Virus record (IMG/VR): IMGVR_UViG_3300046787_000377
Coordinates: 1 to 59,810 of that record
Reading direction: 5' to 3' (one strand)
Origin: a virus
Taxonomy: Duplodnaviria > Caudoviricetes
Length of the DNA stretch: 59,810 nt
Shown piece after piece: positions 18,472 to 27,704 of this stretch. The position numbers were made by a program, and so were the translations under genes. The first letter of the stretch is position 1. Every line of letters begins with the position of its first letter. The notes beneath the pieces were generated by a model that saw nothing but the letters and a program-made list of their open reading frames with translations, was not told the origin of the DNA and searched no databases.

Positions 18472-19064
18472 TGAAAAATTTATTAATTGAGACTAATCTT
18501 TTTGAGGGTAGAATCAACGAAGATGCATCTGGTAGAACACTTGTTAAAGGTGTATTACAAAGAGCAGTAGCAGAAAATCAAAATGGTAGAGTATATCCAA
18601 GAGAAATTTTGATGCGTGAAGCAAAGAAATATGAAGTTCTTATCAAAGAGAGAAGAGCATTAGGGGAATTAGACCATCCAGATTCATCGGTAATCAATCT
18701 AAAGAACGTTTCTCATAACATTAGAGAAATATGGTGGGAAGGTGATGATTTATGCGGAACAGTAGAAATCTTACCAACACCATCAGGTAACATATTAAAA
18801 GAATTATTAAGAGCAGGAATCCTATTAGGTATTTCATCTCGAGGTATGGGTTCAGTATCACCAATGGGTGAGGGTAAAGTAAAAGTTGGCGATGACTTTG
18901 AATTGATTGGGTGGGATTTCGTATCTAACCCATCTACTCATGGTGCATTTATGACACCAATGAACGAATCCGTAAACAAACAATTACAAGAACAAGCGAT
19001 AGTATGTGGTGATTTTTGTAAGGCACAAGACCTTATGAGAGAAATCATTACTGAATTATCATAA
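18471..19064 (+). CDS. Prohead protease (T4 gp21-like)
   Basis: NQNGRVYP, ALGELDHP, GISSRGMGS, DFVSNPST; start moved to the ATG at 18471. Confidence 0.93.
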   Translation: MKNLLIETNLFEGRINEDASGRTLVKGVLQRAVAENQNGRVYPREILMREAKKYEVLIKERRALGELDHPDSSVINLKNVSHNIREIWWEGDDLCGTVEILPTPSGNILKELLRAGILLGISSRGMGSVSPMGEGKVKVGDDFELIGWDFVSNPSTHGAFMTPMNESVNKQLQEQAIVCGDFCKAQDLMREIITELS

Positions 19065-19076
19065 AGGAATAATAAA

Positions 19077-19517
19077 ATGGGATTTAGTATACAAGATTAC
19101 TTAAAGAACAATAAGATTGAATTGGGTAGTATTCAAAAAGAAGTTGGTGATACCCCATATAAGGGTGGTCATAACGATATTCGTAAGACTAACTACGATG
19201 TGAAGATAAAAGAAGATGGTAAATTAGATTTATATACACATAAAACTATAATGACAGAAGGTAAATCTTTGATTAAAGAAGCTTCTGAAATTAAATTTAA
19301 CGAATTAGATTCTACTAAACAAAAGCAAGTAAACGCATTTGTAAAATTTTTTGGTGGTAAAATCAATACAATTTGGGATGGTATACATGGAAATATTGTT
19401 GATATTAAAATGTCAGAAAAAAATTGGAGAATGGATACTCAAGATTTGAAAGATTTGATTTCATTAAAAATACGTTGGATAGAATTTGATAACCAAACGG
19501 TCTCAATAGGATTTTAA
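19077..19517 (+). CDS. Hypothetical head-region protein
   Basis: ORF with SD (AAGGA); LIKE-type site in the middle. Confidence 0.5.
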   Translation: MGFSIQDYLKNNKIELGSIQKEVGDTPYKGGHNDIRKTNYDVKIKEDGKLDLYTHKTIMTEGKSLIKEASEIKFNELDSTKQKQVNAFVKFFGGKINTIWDGIHGNIVDIKMSEKNWRMDTQDLKDLISLKIRWIEFDNQTVSIGF

Positions 19518-19535
19518 AATATAGGAATAATAAAG

Positions 19536-20765
19536 ATGATTAAATTACACAATTTACTTAATGAAGAAACTTTTACCGCTACTAACAAAGCAAGTGGTAA
19601 AACATCAGTATTTAAATCAAAAGATAGTAGAGATGCTGCAATTAAAGCAGGAACTCACTCTGAAAAAGAAGATAGTAAATCAGATAAATCTGTTGGTAGT
19701 TCTTCAAAGGTAAATATCTTTGATAAACCAACAAAATCAGAACCTAAATCGGCATCAACATCTACTCCATCTAAAATGGGTGTAGATTCGGTAGTATATA
19801 ATACGAGAACTAAAACAGTTGGTATTGTAAGAATGGCTGATGAAAGAGGTGAAACTAAAACTGATGCAGATGGTAATGTAAATACATCTGAATTAGAACC
19901 ATACAACCCAACCAAGTATCCACATCAAAAAGATGCTAAAGTTGCACCATCTACTCAAAAAGAAGTAGATAAGAGAGGTTTATGGAATCCATTTGCACAA
20001 GATAAAGAAACTTCTAAAGAAGAACCTACTCAAACTGTAGCAGAACCTAAAAAGAAAAGACCGGGCAACCCATCGGTAAATAAAGAAGCTAAAAAGTTAG
20101 CGGATAAGTTTGGTATTAATCCAAATAAGATGAGTAAAGAAGATTACATCACTAAGATGTATCAAGCAGCAGTTTCTGCATTAACTGATTCAAATTTCCA
20201 TAGTGAAGCAAGAGAATTAGTTGCAGCAATTGAAGGAAAACCTGAATGGGCTAAAAGACCGGTGTATCCATCTTTACAAGACCCCGACTTTAAAGAGAAA
20301 ATGAAAGCTATTCGTACTAATTCGGCTGATAGTTCGATTTATATGAATGCAAAAGATGAAGTTGATGAATATGGTACGGAAGTATCACAAGCATCAGGAT
20401 GGGATGGTGTTGATGCAGCTGATGGTATTGCATTTACATTAAGAATGAACGGATTCCACAAACAAGCCGATATGATTCAATCTGTATTTGATAATAAACC
20501 ATATATGAAGAATGAAGGTAGAATTTCATTAAGTAAAATGATGAATGAATCAGAAGCAGAAGAAATTGCTAGTTTAACTGGTTTAAGAACACAGGCTGTT
20601 AAAAAATTCATTGATGATAACAACATTGACGATAGAAAATTATTAGCATATCTTAAAATTAAAGGTCCAAAGACATTAAGTAATAGAATGGATATGTCAA
20701 CTGCAATTGTAGGTAAACCGAATAACAAATTTGCACAAGGAATTATCAAAGCATTTCAAAAATAA
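19536..20765 (+). CDS. Putative internal head protein (multi-module)
   Basis: MIKLHNLLNE leader; internal ISLSKMMNE resembles the leader of the next gene. Confidence 0.5.
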   Translation: MIKLHNLLNEETFTATNKASGKTSVFKSKDSRDAAIKAGTHSEKEDSKSDKSVGSSSKVNIFDKPTKSEPKSASTSTPSKMGVDSVVYNTRTKTVGIVRMADERGETKTDADGNVNTSELEPYNPTKYPHQKDAKVAPSTQKEVDKRGLWNPFAQDKETSKEEPTQTVAEPKKKRPGNPSVNKEAKKLADKFGINPNKMSKEDYITKMYQAAVSALTDSNFHSEARELVAAIEGKPEWAKRPVYPSLQDPDFKEKMKAIRTNSADSSIYMNAKDEVDEYGTEVSQASGWDGVDAADGIAFTLRMNGFHKQADMIQSVFDNKPYMKNEGRISLSKMMNESEAEEIASLTGLRTQAVKKFIDDNNIDDRKLLAYLKIKGPKTLSNRMDMSTAIVGKPNNKFAQGIIKAFQK

Positions 20766-20783
20766 ATAATAGTAGGAGAATAG

Positions 20784-21878
20784 ATGATAAGTTTATCAAA
20801 AATAGTTAAAGAAGGTGAAGAACCAAAGAAATTTTCTAATGAAGTAAAAAAACATTTTTTAGAAATCGTTTCTACATACAACAAGTATCAAGAAATGATG
20901 GATAGAAAATCGGATATTGCTGAAATTGCAGAAATTTTAGGTGGAATTACTGAAGCAGCTAGAGAATTAGCGATAAACGAATCAGATGATTGGTTCGATG
21001 CTCAAACTGTTAAAAGAAATATGAGTGAATTGGCTAAATTAGGTGGCCAATTTGATAAAGTAGCAATCGAAGCAAAAAACTTAGACCAAAGATTACATGG
21101 ATTATACGAAGATATGGGTCATATCCTATCTCGTTACTATAAAATTGGTGAAGTTAGTGAAGAAACGATGAAACAACGTTTGGGTATCAAAGAAGCATCT
21201 CCTTGTTGGGATGGATACAAACAAGTTGGAATGAAGACCAAAGATGGTAAAGAAGTTCCTAATTGTGTACCTGCAAATGAATCAATTAAAGAATCTACTG
21301 ATTGTGGATGTAATTCGGTAAACGAAGCATTCGTAAAAGGCAAAACTTATGGTGGAACTAAATGTGAAGGTGGATGTTATGTGGGTAAACAAGGTTTAAT
21401 GAAACTAATTAAAATTTCTAAAGATAATCCAGAAAATGTATTTATGTTTAGAGATGATAACTATTCAGGAATACAACCACATTTCATTAAGAATGGTGTA
21501 ATTGCAAAAGCAAATACAATTAATCCATCTTATGATTTAGAAAAAAGTAAAGTAAGAAATTTAAAAATCGGTAACGATGTTATTCTTGCAGTTAGATTAT
21601 TTGAATCAGTAAACGAAGCAGCATTTGGATATAAAGACTCATCTGCATCATACATTGATAAACATAAAGATGAATACAAAACAGCAGAAAAAATGAATAA
21701 AGGAAACGAACAATCGTTTTATGATTCATTATCTGCATTAGAAGAGAAATTAGGTCATCCTAAGTATATGATATTCTTATCAAATGCGTTAAGAGGATAC
21801 AAAGTTGATATGTATAAAGACCCAAAAATTAAAAATCAACAAGAAGCAGAAGAAGCATTGTTCCTTTTAAGCAAATAA
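20784..21878 (+). CDS. Putative internal head polyprotein
   Basis: MISLSKIVKE leader; ESIKE, NSVNE and ESVNE linkers; CWDGYKQVG..VPNCVP mini-module. Confidence 0.55.
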   Translation: MISLSKIVKEGEEPKKFSNEVKKHFLEIVSTYNKYQEMMDRKSDIAEIAEILGGITEAARELAINESDDWFDAQTVKRNMSELAKLGGQFDKVAIEAKNLDQRLHGLYEDMGHILSRYYKIGEVSEETMKQRLGIKEASPCWDGYKQVGMKTKDGKEVPNCVPANESIKESTDCGCNSVNEAFVKGKTYGGTKCEGGCYVGKQGLMKLIKISKDNPENVFMFRDDNYSGIQPHFIKNGVIAKANTINPSYDLEKSKVRNLKIGNDVILAVRLFESVNEAAFGYKDSSASYIDKHKDEYKTAEKMNKGNEQSFYDSLSALEEKLGHPKYMIFLSNALRGYKVDMYKDPKIKNQQEAEEALFLLSK

Positions 21879-21936
21879 TTTTTAAAAGACATACTTATTC
21901 TCAAATAGTTACATCAAAACAATTTAAATTAAGTTA

Positions 21937-22239
21937 ATGAGCGGATTATCAAGAGTTACAGTAGAAGTTCGTAATGGAGACATTGCAAAGGCTTTAAAGA
22001 AATTCAAAAAGAAGGTAAACGAGTCTGGACATCTTTTAGAATTAAGAGAAAGAAAAGAATACGTTAAACCTACAACCAAAAGAAGGTTGCAAAAACAAAA
22101 AGCTGTTAGAGAGGAACAAAAAAGAGTTGCTCTTATGAAAATAGCAGAAGGTGATAGAACAATACGTTTCTTCACTAAAAAAAGAAAGAAAAAGGGTAAA
22201 GACGAACAAAAACCCCAAAAAGATAAAAATTTTGAATAA
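21937..22239 (+). CDS. rpsU: Ribosomal protein bS21 with basic C-terminal extension
   Basis: VEVRNGDIAKALKKFKKKV..G.L.ELRERKEYVKPTTKRR matches the bS21 signature. Confidence 0.88.
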   Translation: MSGLSRVTVEVRNGDIAKALKKFKKKVNESGHLLELRERKEYVKPTTKRRLQKQKAVREEQKRVALMKIAEGDRTIRFFTKKRKKKGKDEQKPQKDKNFE

Positions 22240-22304
22240 AATTTTTATAAAAATGTAATAAATTTAATGTTTCTATAAACATTTATATATTTATTTTCAA
22301 ATAG

Positions 22305-22430
22305 TCCACCTCTATTGTGGATTTAACTCAATGTTGGTTAATGAATACCTACGATTATATGTAAGGTCACCGAACAACTAACCTAACAATTCTATTGAAA
22401 ATTCAACTCAATATTTTCAGAAAACGTAAA
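22305..22430 (+). promoter_or_regulatory. Candidate structured 5' leader of the scaffold/capsid operon
   Basis: Complementary stems TCCAC/GTGGA, TGTTGGTTA/TAACCTAACA, ACCTAC/GTAAGGT and TGAAAAT/ATTTTCA. Confidence 0.45.
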
Positions 22431-22443
22431 GGAAAGTAAACAA

Positions 22444-23532
22444 ATGGCAAACTCAAAATTGTTAAAAGATGCAATTGCTGATGCTAAAGCCGTACGTGAA
22501 ACTGCTATTGCTAACGCTAAAATCGCATTAGAAGAAGCTTTTACTCCAAGATTACAATCAATCTTATCTAAAAAACTTACCGCTGAAATGGAAGGTGAAG
22601 AAGAAGAAACTGATGTAAATGAAGAGTATGGTGCTGATGATGTAGATGCAAACGATTCAACAGAAATCGGAGCAGGCGAAGGACAAACAGGTAGTGGAAC
22701 TGATGGTGATGCACCACAAGGTATCGCAACTGATGCTCACACTGAATTAGGTGACACAGAAAAAGAAACAGCTGAACCAGGTAAAGAGGATGAAAACATG
22801 CCTCTTGCAGAAGGTGAAGAAGATGAAAACCAAGATGGTGTTATTGATGACCCAACGGGTGCAGTAACCGAAGAAGAAGACGAAGACGAATTAGATTTAG
22901 AATCAATCATCAGAGAATTAGAAGATGAATTGGGTGCTGAATCTGACGAAGTTTCTGAAGAAGATGAAATGGAAGCTCCAGCAGTTGAAGAAGAAGAAGA
23001 AGCTTCTCCAGCAGTTGAAGAAGAAGAAGAATCTCAAGAAGCTGAAGTATCGGAAGAAGACGAAATCGACTTGGAAGAAATCTTACGTGAAATGGGATAC
23101 GGAGATGATGCAGAAGAAAAAGTTGAAGAAAGTGAAGAAGAATCTGATAATGTAGCCGAAATGGAAGCAGAATTAGAAGAAGCTTACAAAGTAATCAAAT
23201 CTTTGAAATCTACAATCAACGAAGTAAACTTGTTAAACGCAAAGTTACTTTACACTAATAAATTATTCCGTTCTTATGATTTAACAAACGAACAAAAACA
23301 CAAAGTTGTTGAAACATTAGACAGAACTCAAAATGTTAGAGAAGTAAAATTAGTTTTCGCTACATTAGCTGAATCAATGAAAATTGGTGGAACTGCTAAG
23401 AAAGTAAAAACAAACAAAATAACTGAATCATTCGCATCTAAGAAAGTTGCTTCAACTGCACCAAAGGCTGCAATTATCAACGAATCAAACGATATGGCTG
23501 AAAGATTTAAAAAGTTAGCAAACATTAAATAA
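22444..23532 (+). CDS. Prohead scaffolding/core protein (gp22-like)
   Basis: Highly acidic coiled-coil protein immediately upstream of the capsid gene. Confidence 0.8.
   Translation: MANSKLLKDAIADAKAVRETAIANAKIALEEAFTPRLQSILSKKLTAEMEGEEEETDVNEEYGADDVDANDSTEIGAGEGQTGSGTDGDAPQGIATDAHTELGDTEKETAEPGKEDENMPLAEGEEDENQDGVIDDPTGAVTEEEDEDELDLESIIRELEDELGAESDEVSEEDEMEAPAVEEEEEASPAVEEEEESQEAEVSEEDEIDLEEILREMGYGDDAEEKVEESEEESDNVAEMEAELEEAYKVIKSLKSTINEVNLLNAKLLYTNKLFRSYDLTNEQKHKVVETLDRTQNVREVKLVFATLAESMKIGGTAKKVKTNKITESFASKKVASTAPKAAIINESNDMAERFKKLANIK
22976..23031 (+). repeat. Tandem duplication with 30-bp period in the scaffold gene (PAVEEEEE x2)
   Basis: ctccagcagttgaagaagaagaagaa at 22976 and 23006. 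Confidence 0.85.
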
Positions 23533-23566
23533 ACAAACAAAAAATTCTAAGGAGAGAAAAAATAAA

Positions 23567-25177
23567 ATGGCAAATTTTAATTTATCAAAACTTATGGAAG
23601 GCAAGAACCCACAGTCAGTAATGTTGGCTGAAACACGTCAATTACGTGGTAAATGGGAGAAAACTGGTCTTTTAGAAGGTTTAAAGGAGAGAGAATCTTC
23701 TCAAGTAGCAGTTCTTTTAGAGAACCAAGCTAAACAATTATTGGATGAAGCAACTGCAACAGGTACTTCTGCAGGTTCAGAAGAGTGGAGTGGTGTAGCT
23801 TTACCATTGGTAAGACGTATTTTTGGTGAAATCGCAGCGAAAGAATTCGTTTCAGTTCAACCAATGAACTTACCATCAGGTCTTATCTTCTATCTAGATT
23901 TCAAATACGGAACAGCAGTTCAAGGTTCTAAATTCAATGGTAAATCATTGTTTGGTGGTAACGGAACTTCTAACTTCGATGGTGATTTCGGTAGAACTAA
24001 AGAAGCTGTAAACGGTCTTTATGGTGAAGGAAGATATTCTTACACAATCAACGACCAATCAGTATCAGTATCAACTGGTAACCAAACTTATACAACAGCA
24101 TCATGGGCTGATGTAAATTATGATGCATCTTTATCTGCTTCAATCGCTGCAGGTCAAGTTGCTAAAATCGTAGTTGCAAAATCAAACATCAACTCAGCAG
24201 CTGATTTTGATGCAGTACGTTCATTCTACATCTCTGCATCAGGTTTCTCTGCAGCAGATACATTCTACCCATTGCATAGCCAAGTAGTATCTTCAAACGT
24301 AGAATTCTTTGCAAAAGTTGCTACAGTAGCTACTAAAACTGCATTGACAGTTAATTATTCTTTGGCACCAACTGATACAACTCGTGGTGATTTCGAAGAT
24401 GCTAACCCAACTGAACCAGCAACTGATTTAGGTATTCCAGAAGTAGATTTGGAATTACGTTCAGAGGCTATCGTTGCTAAGACTCGTAAGTTAAAGGCTG
24501 TGTGGACTCCAGAGTTGGCACAAGACTTAAACGCTTACCACTCAATTGATGCAGAAGCTGAATTAACTTCTATGTTATCTGAATACATCTCATTAGAGAT
24601 TGATTTAGAAATCTTAGATATGTTAAAAGCTAACGCTTTAACAACTGAGTACTGGTCAGCAACAATCGGTGAAGAATTCAATGGTTCAACTTGGACTGCA
24701 GGTTCTTCTTCATTGGCATACCAAAAGAACACATGGTTCCAGACTTTAGGAACTAAGATTAATAAGGTATCTAACAAGATTCACCAATTAACATTAAGAG
24801 GTGGTGCAAACTTTATCGTTGTATCTCCAGATGTTGCTACAATCTTAGAATCAATTCCTGGATTCACAGTAAACGCAGACAAAGATGCTACATCTTTCGC
24901 AGCAGGTGTTTCTCAAGTAGGTTCATTGGCTTCACGTTATACAGTTTACAAAAACCCTTATATGACTTCTAACGAAATCTTATTAGGATTCAAAGGTTCT
25001 AGTTTCTTAGAGACTGGTGCTGTATACGCTCCATATGTACCATTGATTATGACTCCATTAGTGTACGACCCAACTAACTTCACGCCAAGACGTGGTGTTA
25101 TGACTCGTTACGCTAAGAAGATGGTCCGCCCAGAATTCTACGGCAAGATTTACATCAAAGATTTAGCTTCAGTTTAA
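23567..25177 (+). CDS. Major capsid protein (T4 gp23-like)
   Basis: VSVQPMNLPSGLIFYL, KTRKLKAVWTPELAQDLNAYH, YAPYVPL, GVMTRYA. Confidence 0.97.
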   Translation: MANFNLSKLMEGKNPQSVMLAETRQLRGKWEKTGLLEGLKERESSQVAVLLENQAKQLLDEATATGTSAGSEEWSGVALPLVRRIFGEIAAKEFVSVQPMNLPSGLIFYLDFKYGTAVQGSKFNGKSLFGGNGTSNFDGDFGRTKEAVNGLYGEGRYSYTINDQSVSVSTGNQTYTTASWADVNYDASLSASIAAGQVAKIVVAKSNINSAADFDAVRSFYISASGFSAADTFYPLHSQVVSSNVEFFAKVATVATKTALTVNYSLAPTDTTRGDFEDANPTEPATDLGIPEVDLELRSEAIVAKTRKLKAVWTPELAQDLNAYHSIDAEAELTSMLSEYISLEIDLEILDMLKANALTTEYWSATIGEEFNGSTWTAGSSSLAYQKNTWFQTLGTKINKVSNKIHQLTLRGGANFIVVSPDVATILESIPGFTVNADKDATSFAAGVSQVGSLASRYTVYKNPYMTSNEILLGFKGSSFLETGAVYAPYVPLIMTPLVYDPTNFTPRRGVMTRYAKKMVRPEFYGKIYIKDLASV

Positions 25178-25211
25178 TCTTAATGTAATCGAACTAACGA
25201 TTCAATAATAG

Positions 25212-25240
25212 AAAAGGGAAACTTCGGTTTCCCTTTTTTT
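25212..25240 (+). terminator. Intrinsic terminator with C(UUCG)G tetraloop
   Basis: aaaagggaaac-ttcg-gtttccc-ttttttt after the capsid gene. Confidence 0.9.
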
Positions 25241-25284
25241 ATGCATGATGATATTTATACTAAAATAATACGAAATATTATATT

Positions 25285-25737
25285 ATGTACATAGAAGAAA
25301 TAGCTTGGCAACATTACCAAAATCTACCACATATTGCTAGATTACCATTAAATGAACAAATACGAATGTATAATATGTATTTAATGGAAGTGACAGAAAC
25401 TAGAATAGCTTATTTACATCATGAGATGGCTAATCCACAAAGTTTAGGTGGTGGGAACGATGTAGTTGTAGAAGAAAGTGATTTACCTTCCGGATGTATT
25501 GAATTTGTAAACAACACATCTGATGGAACTAGTTGCACATTTTGGATTGAAACATCTGCCCCAACTAATTACACAATAACATGGGGTGATGGTGAAACAT
25601 CTACCGGTGAAGTAAATGGTGTAGATAGACTTGAAGTAAATTATAGTTATGCAGATAGTTTTACGGAATATACCGCTAGAATATGTTTCGATGATATAAG
25701 TTTAGTAACTTATTTAGAATTCAACGGAGACGATTAA
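25285..25737 (+). CDS. Protein with PKD/Ig-like C-terminal domain (possible decoration protein)
   Basis: YTITWGDGETS PKD-type motif; late-promoter motif at 25251. Confidence 0.5.
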   Translation: MYIEEIAWQHYQNLPHIARLPLNEQIRMYNMYLMEVTETRIAYLHHEMANPQSLGGGNDVVVEESDLPSGCIEFVNNTSDGTSCTFWIETSAPTNYTITWGDGETSTGEVNGVDRLEVNYSYADSFTEYTARICFDDISLVTYLEFNGDD

Positions 25738-25749
25738 AAATAAAATATT

Positions 25750-26607
25750 ATGTCAGCAACAGTAACTTCATTTACAGGTTTACAAAACCTAACAAATATA
25801 CAACAATTTAAAGCAGATTACAATAGTTTAACATCTATTGATTTATCAGGAATGTCATCACTTACTCTTGTAGATATAAGTGATAACGATATACCTGATA
25901 GTTCTACCAGTAGTTTAACATCTGTTAATTTAAGTGGATGTACAACATTAGAACAACTTTATATTGATGATAGTGATTTTTCAGCAGGACTACCTGATTT
26001 ATCAGACTGTACATCTTTGAAATATATAGATGCTGACCAATCTAATTTAGTAGGTTCAATTGATTTATCTAATTTAACTACATTAGAAGGTTTTGATTTT
26101 AATGGTAATTTAGGATTAACCGAAGTGATTATATCACAAACACAACCATTGGGTGAAAATGGAAATAGTATATCATTGGGTAATTGTGCTTTAACTCAAA
26201 CCGCAGTAGATAATATACTTGTAGCATTAGCTAGTGGAAGTATTTCAAGTGGAGATATTGATGTTGATAATGATAGTGGTGGAACTAATGCAGCTCCTAG
26301 TCAAATAGGAAGAGATTCACTTTTTATTCTTGACTCGAGAGGCTGGGGTATTAGTGTCGCAGATGGAAACCACACTATGTTGACAGTATCATATGATTTA
26401 CTCGAAGCTAATATATGTGCCGCTAGTAATACTGATTACGTTTACATCACATCCGGTTCAACATTAGAAGTTGGTAACATATTATATCGAAATTCAGATG
26501 CATATCTACCCGCAAACGATGGTTGGTGGAGACTTGATGGTGATGGTTCAATTAAATTTGAAGTAAGTGGTAGTGGTGAAATAATATCCGTTGCACCTTG
26601 TGTATAA
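25750..26607 (+). CDS. Leucine-rich repeat protein
   Basis: Repeats LTSIDLSGMSSL, LTSVNLSGCTTL, LPDLSDCTSL, IDLSNLTTL. Confidence 0.75.
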   Translation: MSATVTSFTGLQNLTNIQQFKADYNSLTSIDLSGMSSLTLVDISDNDIPDSSTSSLTSVNLSGCTTLEQLYIDDSDFSAGLPDLSDCTSLKYIDADQSNLVGSIDLSNLTTLEGFDFNGNLGLTEVIISQTQPLGENGNSISLGNCALTQTAVDNILVALASGSISSGDIDVDNDSGGTNAAPSQIGRDSLFILDSRGWGISVADGNHTMLTVSYDLLEANICAASNTDYVYITSGSTLEVGNILYRNSDAYLPANDGWWRLDGDGSIKFEVSGSGEIISVAPCV

Positions 26608-26627
26608 AAAATAAATTAAAATTAATT

Positions 26628-26653
26628 AAGGGATGCAAATCATCCCTTTTTTT
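26628..26653 (+). terminator. Intrinsic terminator
   Basis: aagggatg-caaat-catccc followed by a T tract. Confidence 0.85.
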
Positions 26654-26694
26654 ATGTCCATAACTAGTTGATTATCAATAGCCAAAAATAATTG

Positions 26695-26753
26695 AAAAAA
26701 AAGTGATAAAATATTTGGAAAATTGGTAAAAAATGTGTAGTTTAGCTATGTAA
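26695..26753 (+). promoter_or_regulatory. Putative Bacteroidota-type (host sigma) early promoter 1
   Basis: TTTG at 26714 with TAGTTTAG/TAGCTATG downstream; repeated at 27317-27375. Confidence 0.5.
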
Positions 26754-26784
26754 GATTAAGAGATAAACAATTAAAACATAAAAT

Positions 26785-27015
26785 ATGAAAATTAGAGAAT
26801 TTTATTTAGAAACCTATCCAACTGATGATTTGGGATTAGAACTTAATGAAACCCCAACCTTTTCTGGTTTATTAAATCAATTGATTGTTGGTGGTGATGT
26901 TTATAACTACATCGGTGTTGGTGATAGTATCATTAGAGAACGATTGTTTGAACGATTGGCTGAGGAATTAGAAGTTAGTTATGATTATGTTTATAATTTG
27001 TGGTTAAACGCTTAA
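26785..27015 (+). CDS. Small hypothetical protein (early island)
   Basis: 76-aa ORF, A-rich leader without SD. Confidence 0.65.
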   Translation: MKIREFYLETYPTDDLGLELNETPTFSGLLNQLIVGGDVYNYIGVGDSIIRERLFERLAEELEVSYDYVYNLWLNA

Positions 27016-27027
27016 AATATAAAAGAT

Positions 27028-27318
27028 ATGAAAACGCAATTTGAAATTTGGTTAGATGGAGTTAATAAGGAATTTGAAGGTAAAGTGTATAGTTGGACAC
27101 CCTTAACTGCTAAAAAAGGTTCTAAATTTATGAAAATCCAACATACAAATCACGTTTGGGGATTTGTTTCGATGTATGATGGTGAGTTTCAAGGTATTCC
27201 AATCAAAAAAGGTGATTTAATGAAACCAGCAAGTTGGAGAGCTCCCGCTAAACATAGTAGAGGAAATATATTTGATGGAACTGCCAAATATAAATGGACA
27301 GGTCCAGAATATTTGTAA
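27028..27318 (+). CDS. Small phage protein (early island)
   Basis: KGDLMKPASWRAPAKHSRGNIF motif, recalled from small phage proteins. Confidence 0.65.
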   Translation: MKTQFEIWLDGVNKEFEGKVYSWTPLTAKKGSKFMKIQHTNHVWGFVSMYDGEFQGIPIKKGDLMKPASWRAPAKHSRGNIFDGTAKYKWTGPEYL

Positions 27319-27375
27319 AAAAAAGTGGTAAAAAATTTGGAAATATCAAATAAATTACCGATATTAGCTTTGTAA
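27317..27375 (+). promoter_or_regulatory. Putative Bacteroidota-type early promoter 2
   Basis: TTTG at 27336 and TAGCTTTG (TAnnTTTG consensus) at 27365. Confidence 0.55.
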
Positions 27376-27406
27376 TAAGAAATTAAACATTTAAAACATA
27401 AAAGAC

Positions 27407-27673
27407 ATGAATTATTCAGAATTATCAAAATTATCAGTAGAAGAATTAAGAAACATCAACCAAATGGTTATTGAGTTGATTAAATCAAAACGTACTATTG
27501 AATCCTTAGAAAAGAAAATGGGATTGCAAGTAGGTATGAAAGTGACAGTAAATCACCCTAAGTTAATGGGTAGAGAGTTGGAGGTTACTAAAATTAACCG
27601 AACAAAAGCGAATCTAAGAGTAATCGGTGGGTTCGCATCATACAATGTTCCGGTTTCGATGATTGTGTATTAG
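27407..27673 (+). CDS. Small protein with SH3/KOW-like C-terminus (early island)
   Basis: LQVGMKVTV..EVTKINRTKA..YNVPVSMI. Confidence 0.6.
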   Translation: MNYSELSKLSVEELRNINQMVIELIKSKRTIESLEKKMGLQVGMKVTVNHPKLMGRELEVTKINRTKANLRVIGGFASYNVPVSMIVY

Positions 27674-27704
27674 GTTTAGTTGTTTTTCATATATTTTTTA
27701 GTTT

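Noticed and set aside
12244-25177. Inteins or introns in terminase, portal or capsid genes
   Set aside because: Lengths and motif spacing look normal, with no Hint or homing endonuclease motifs.
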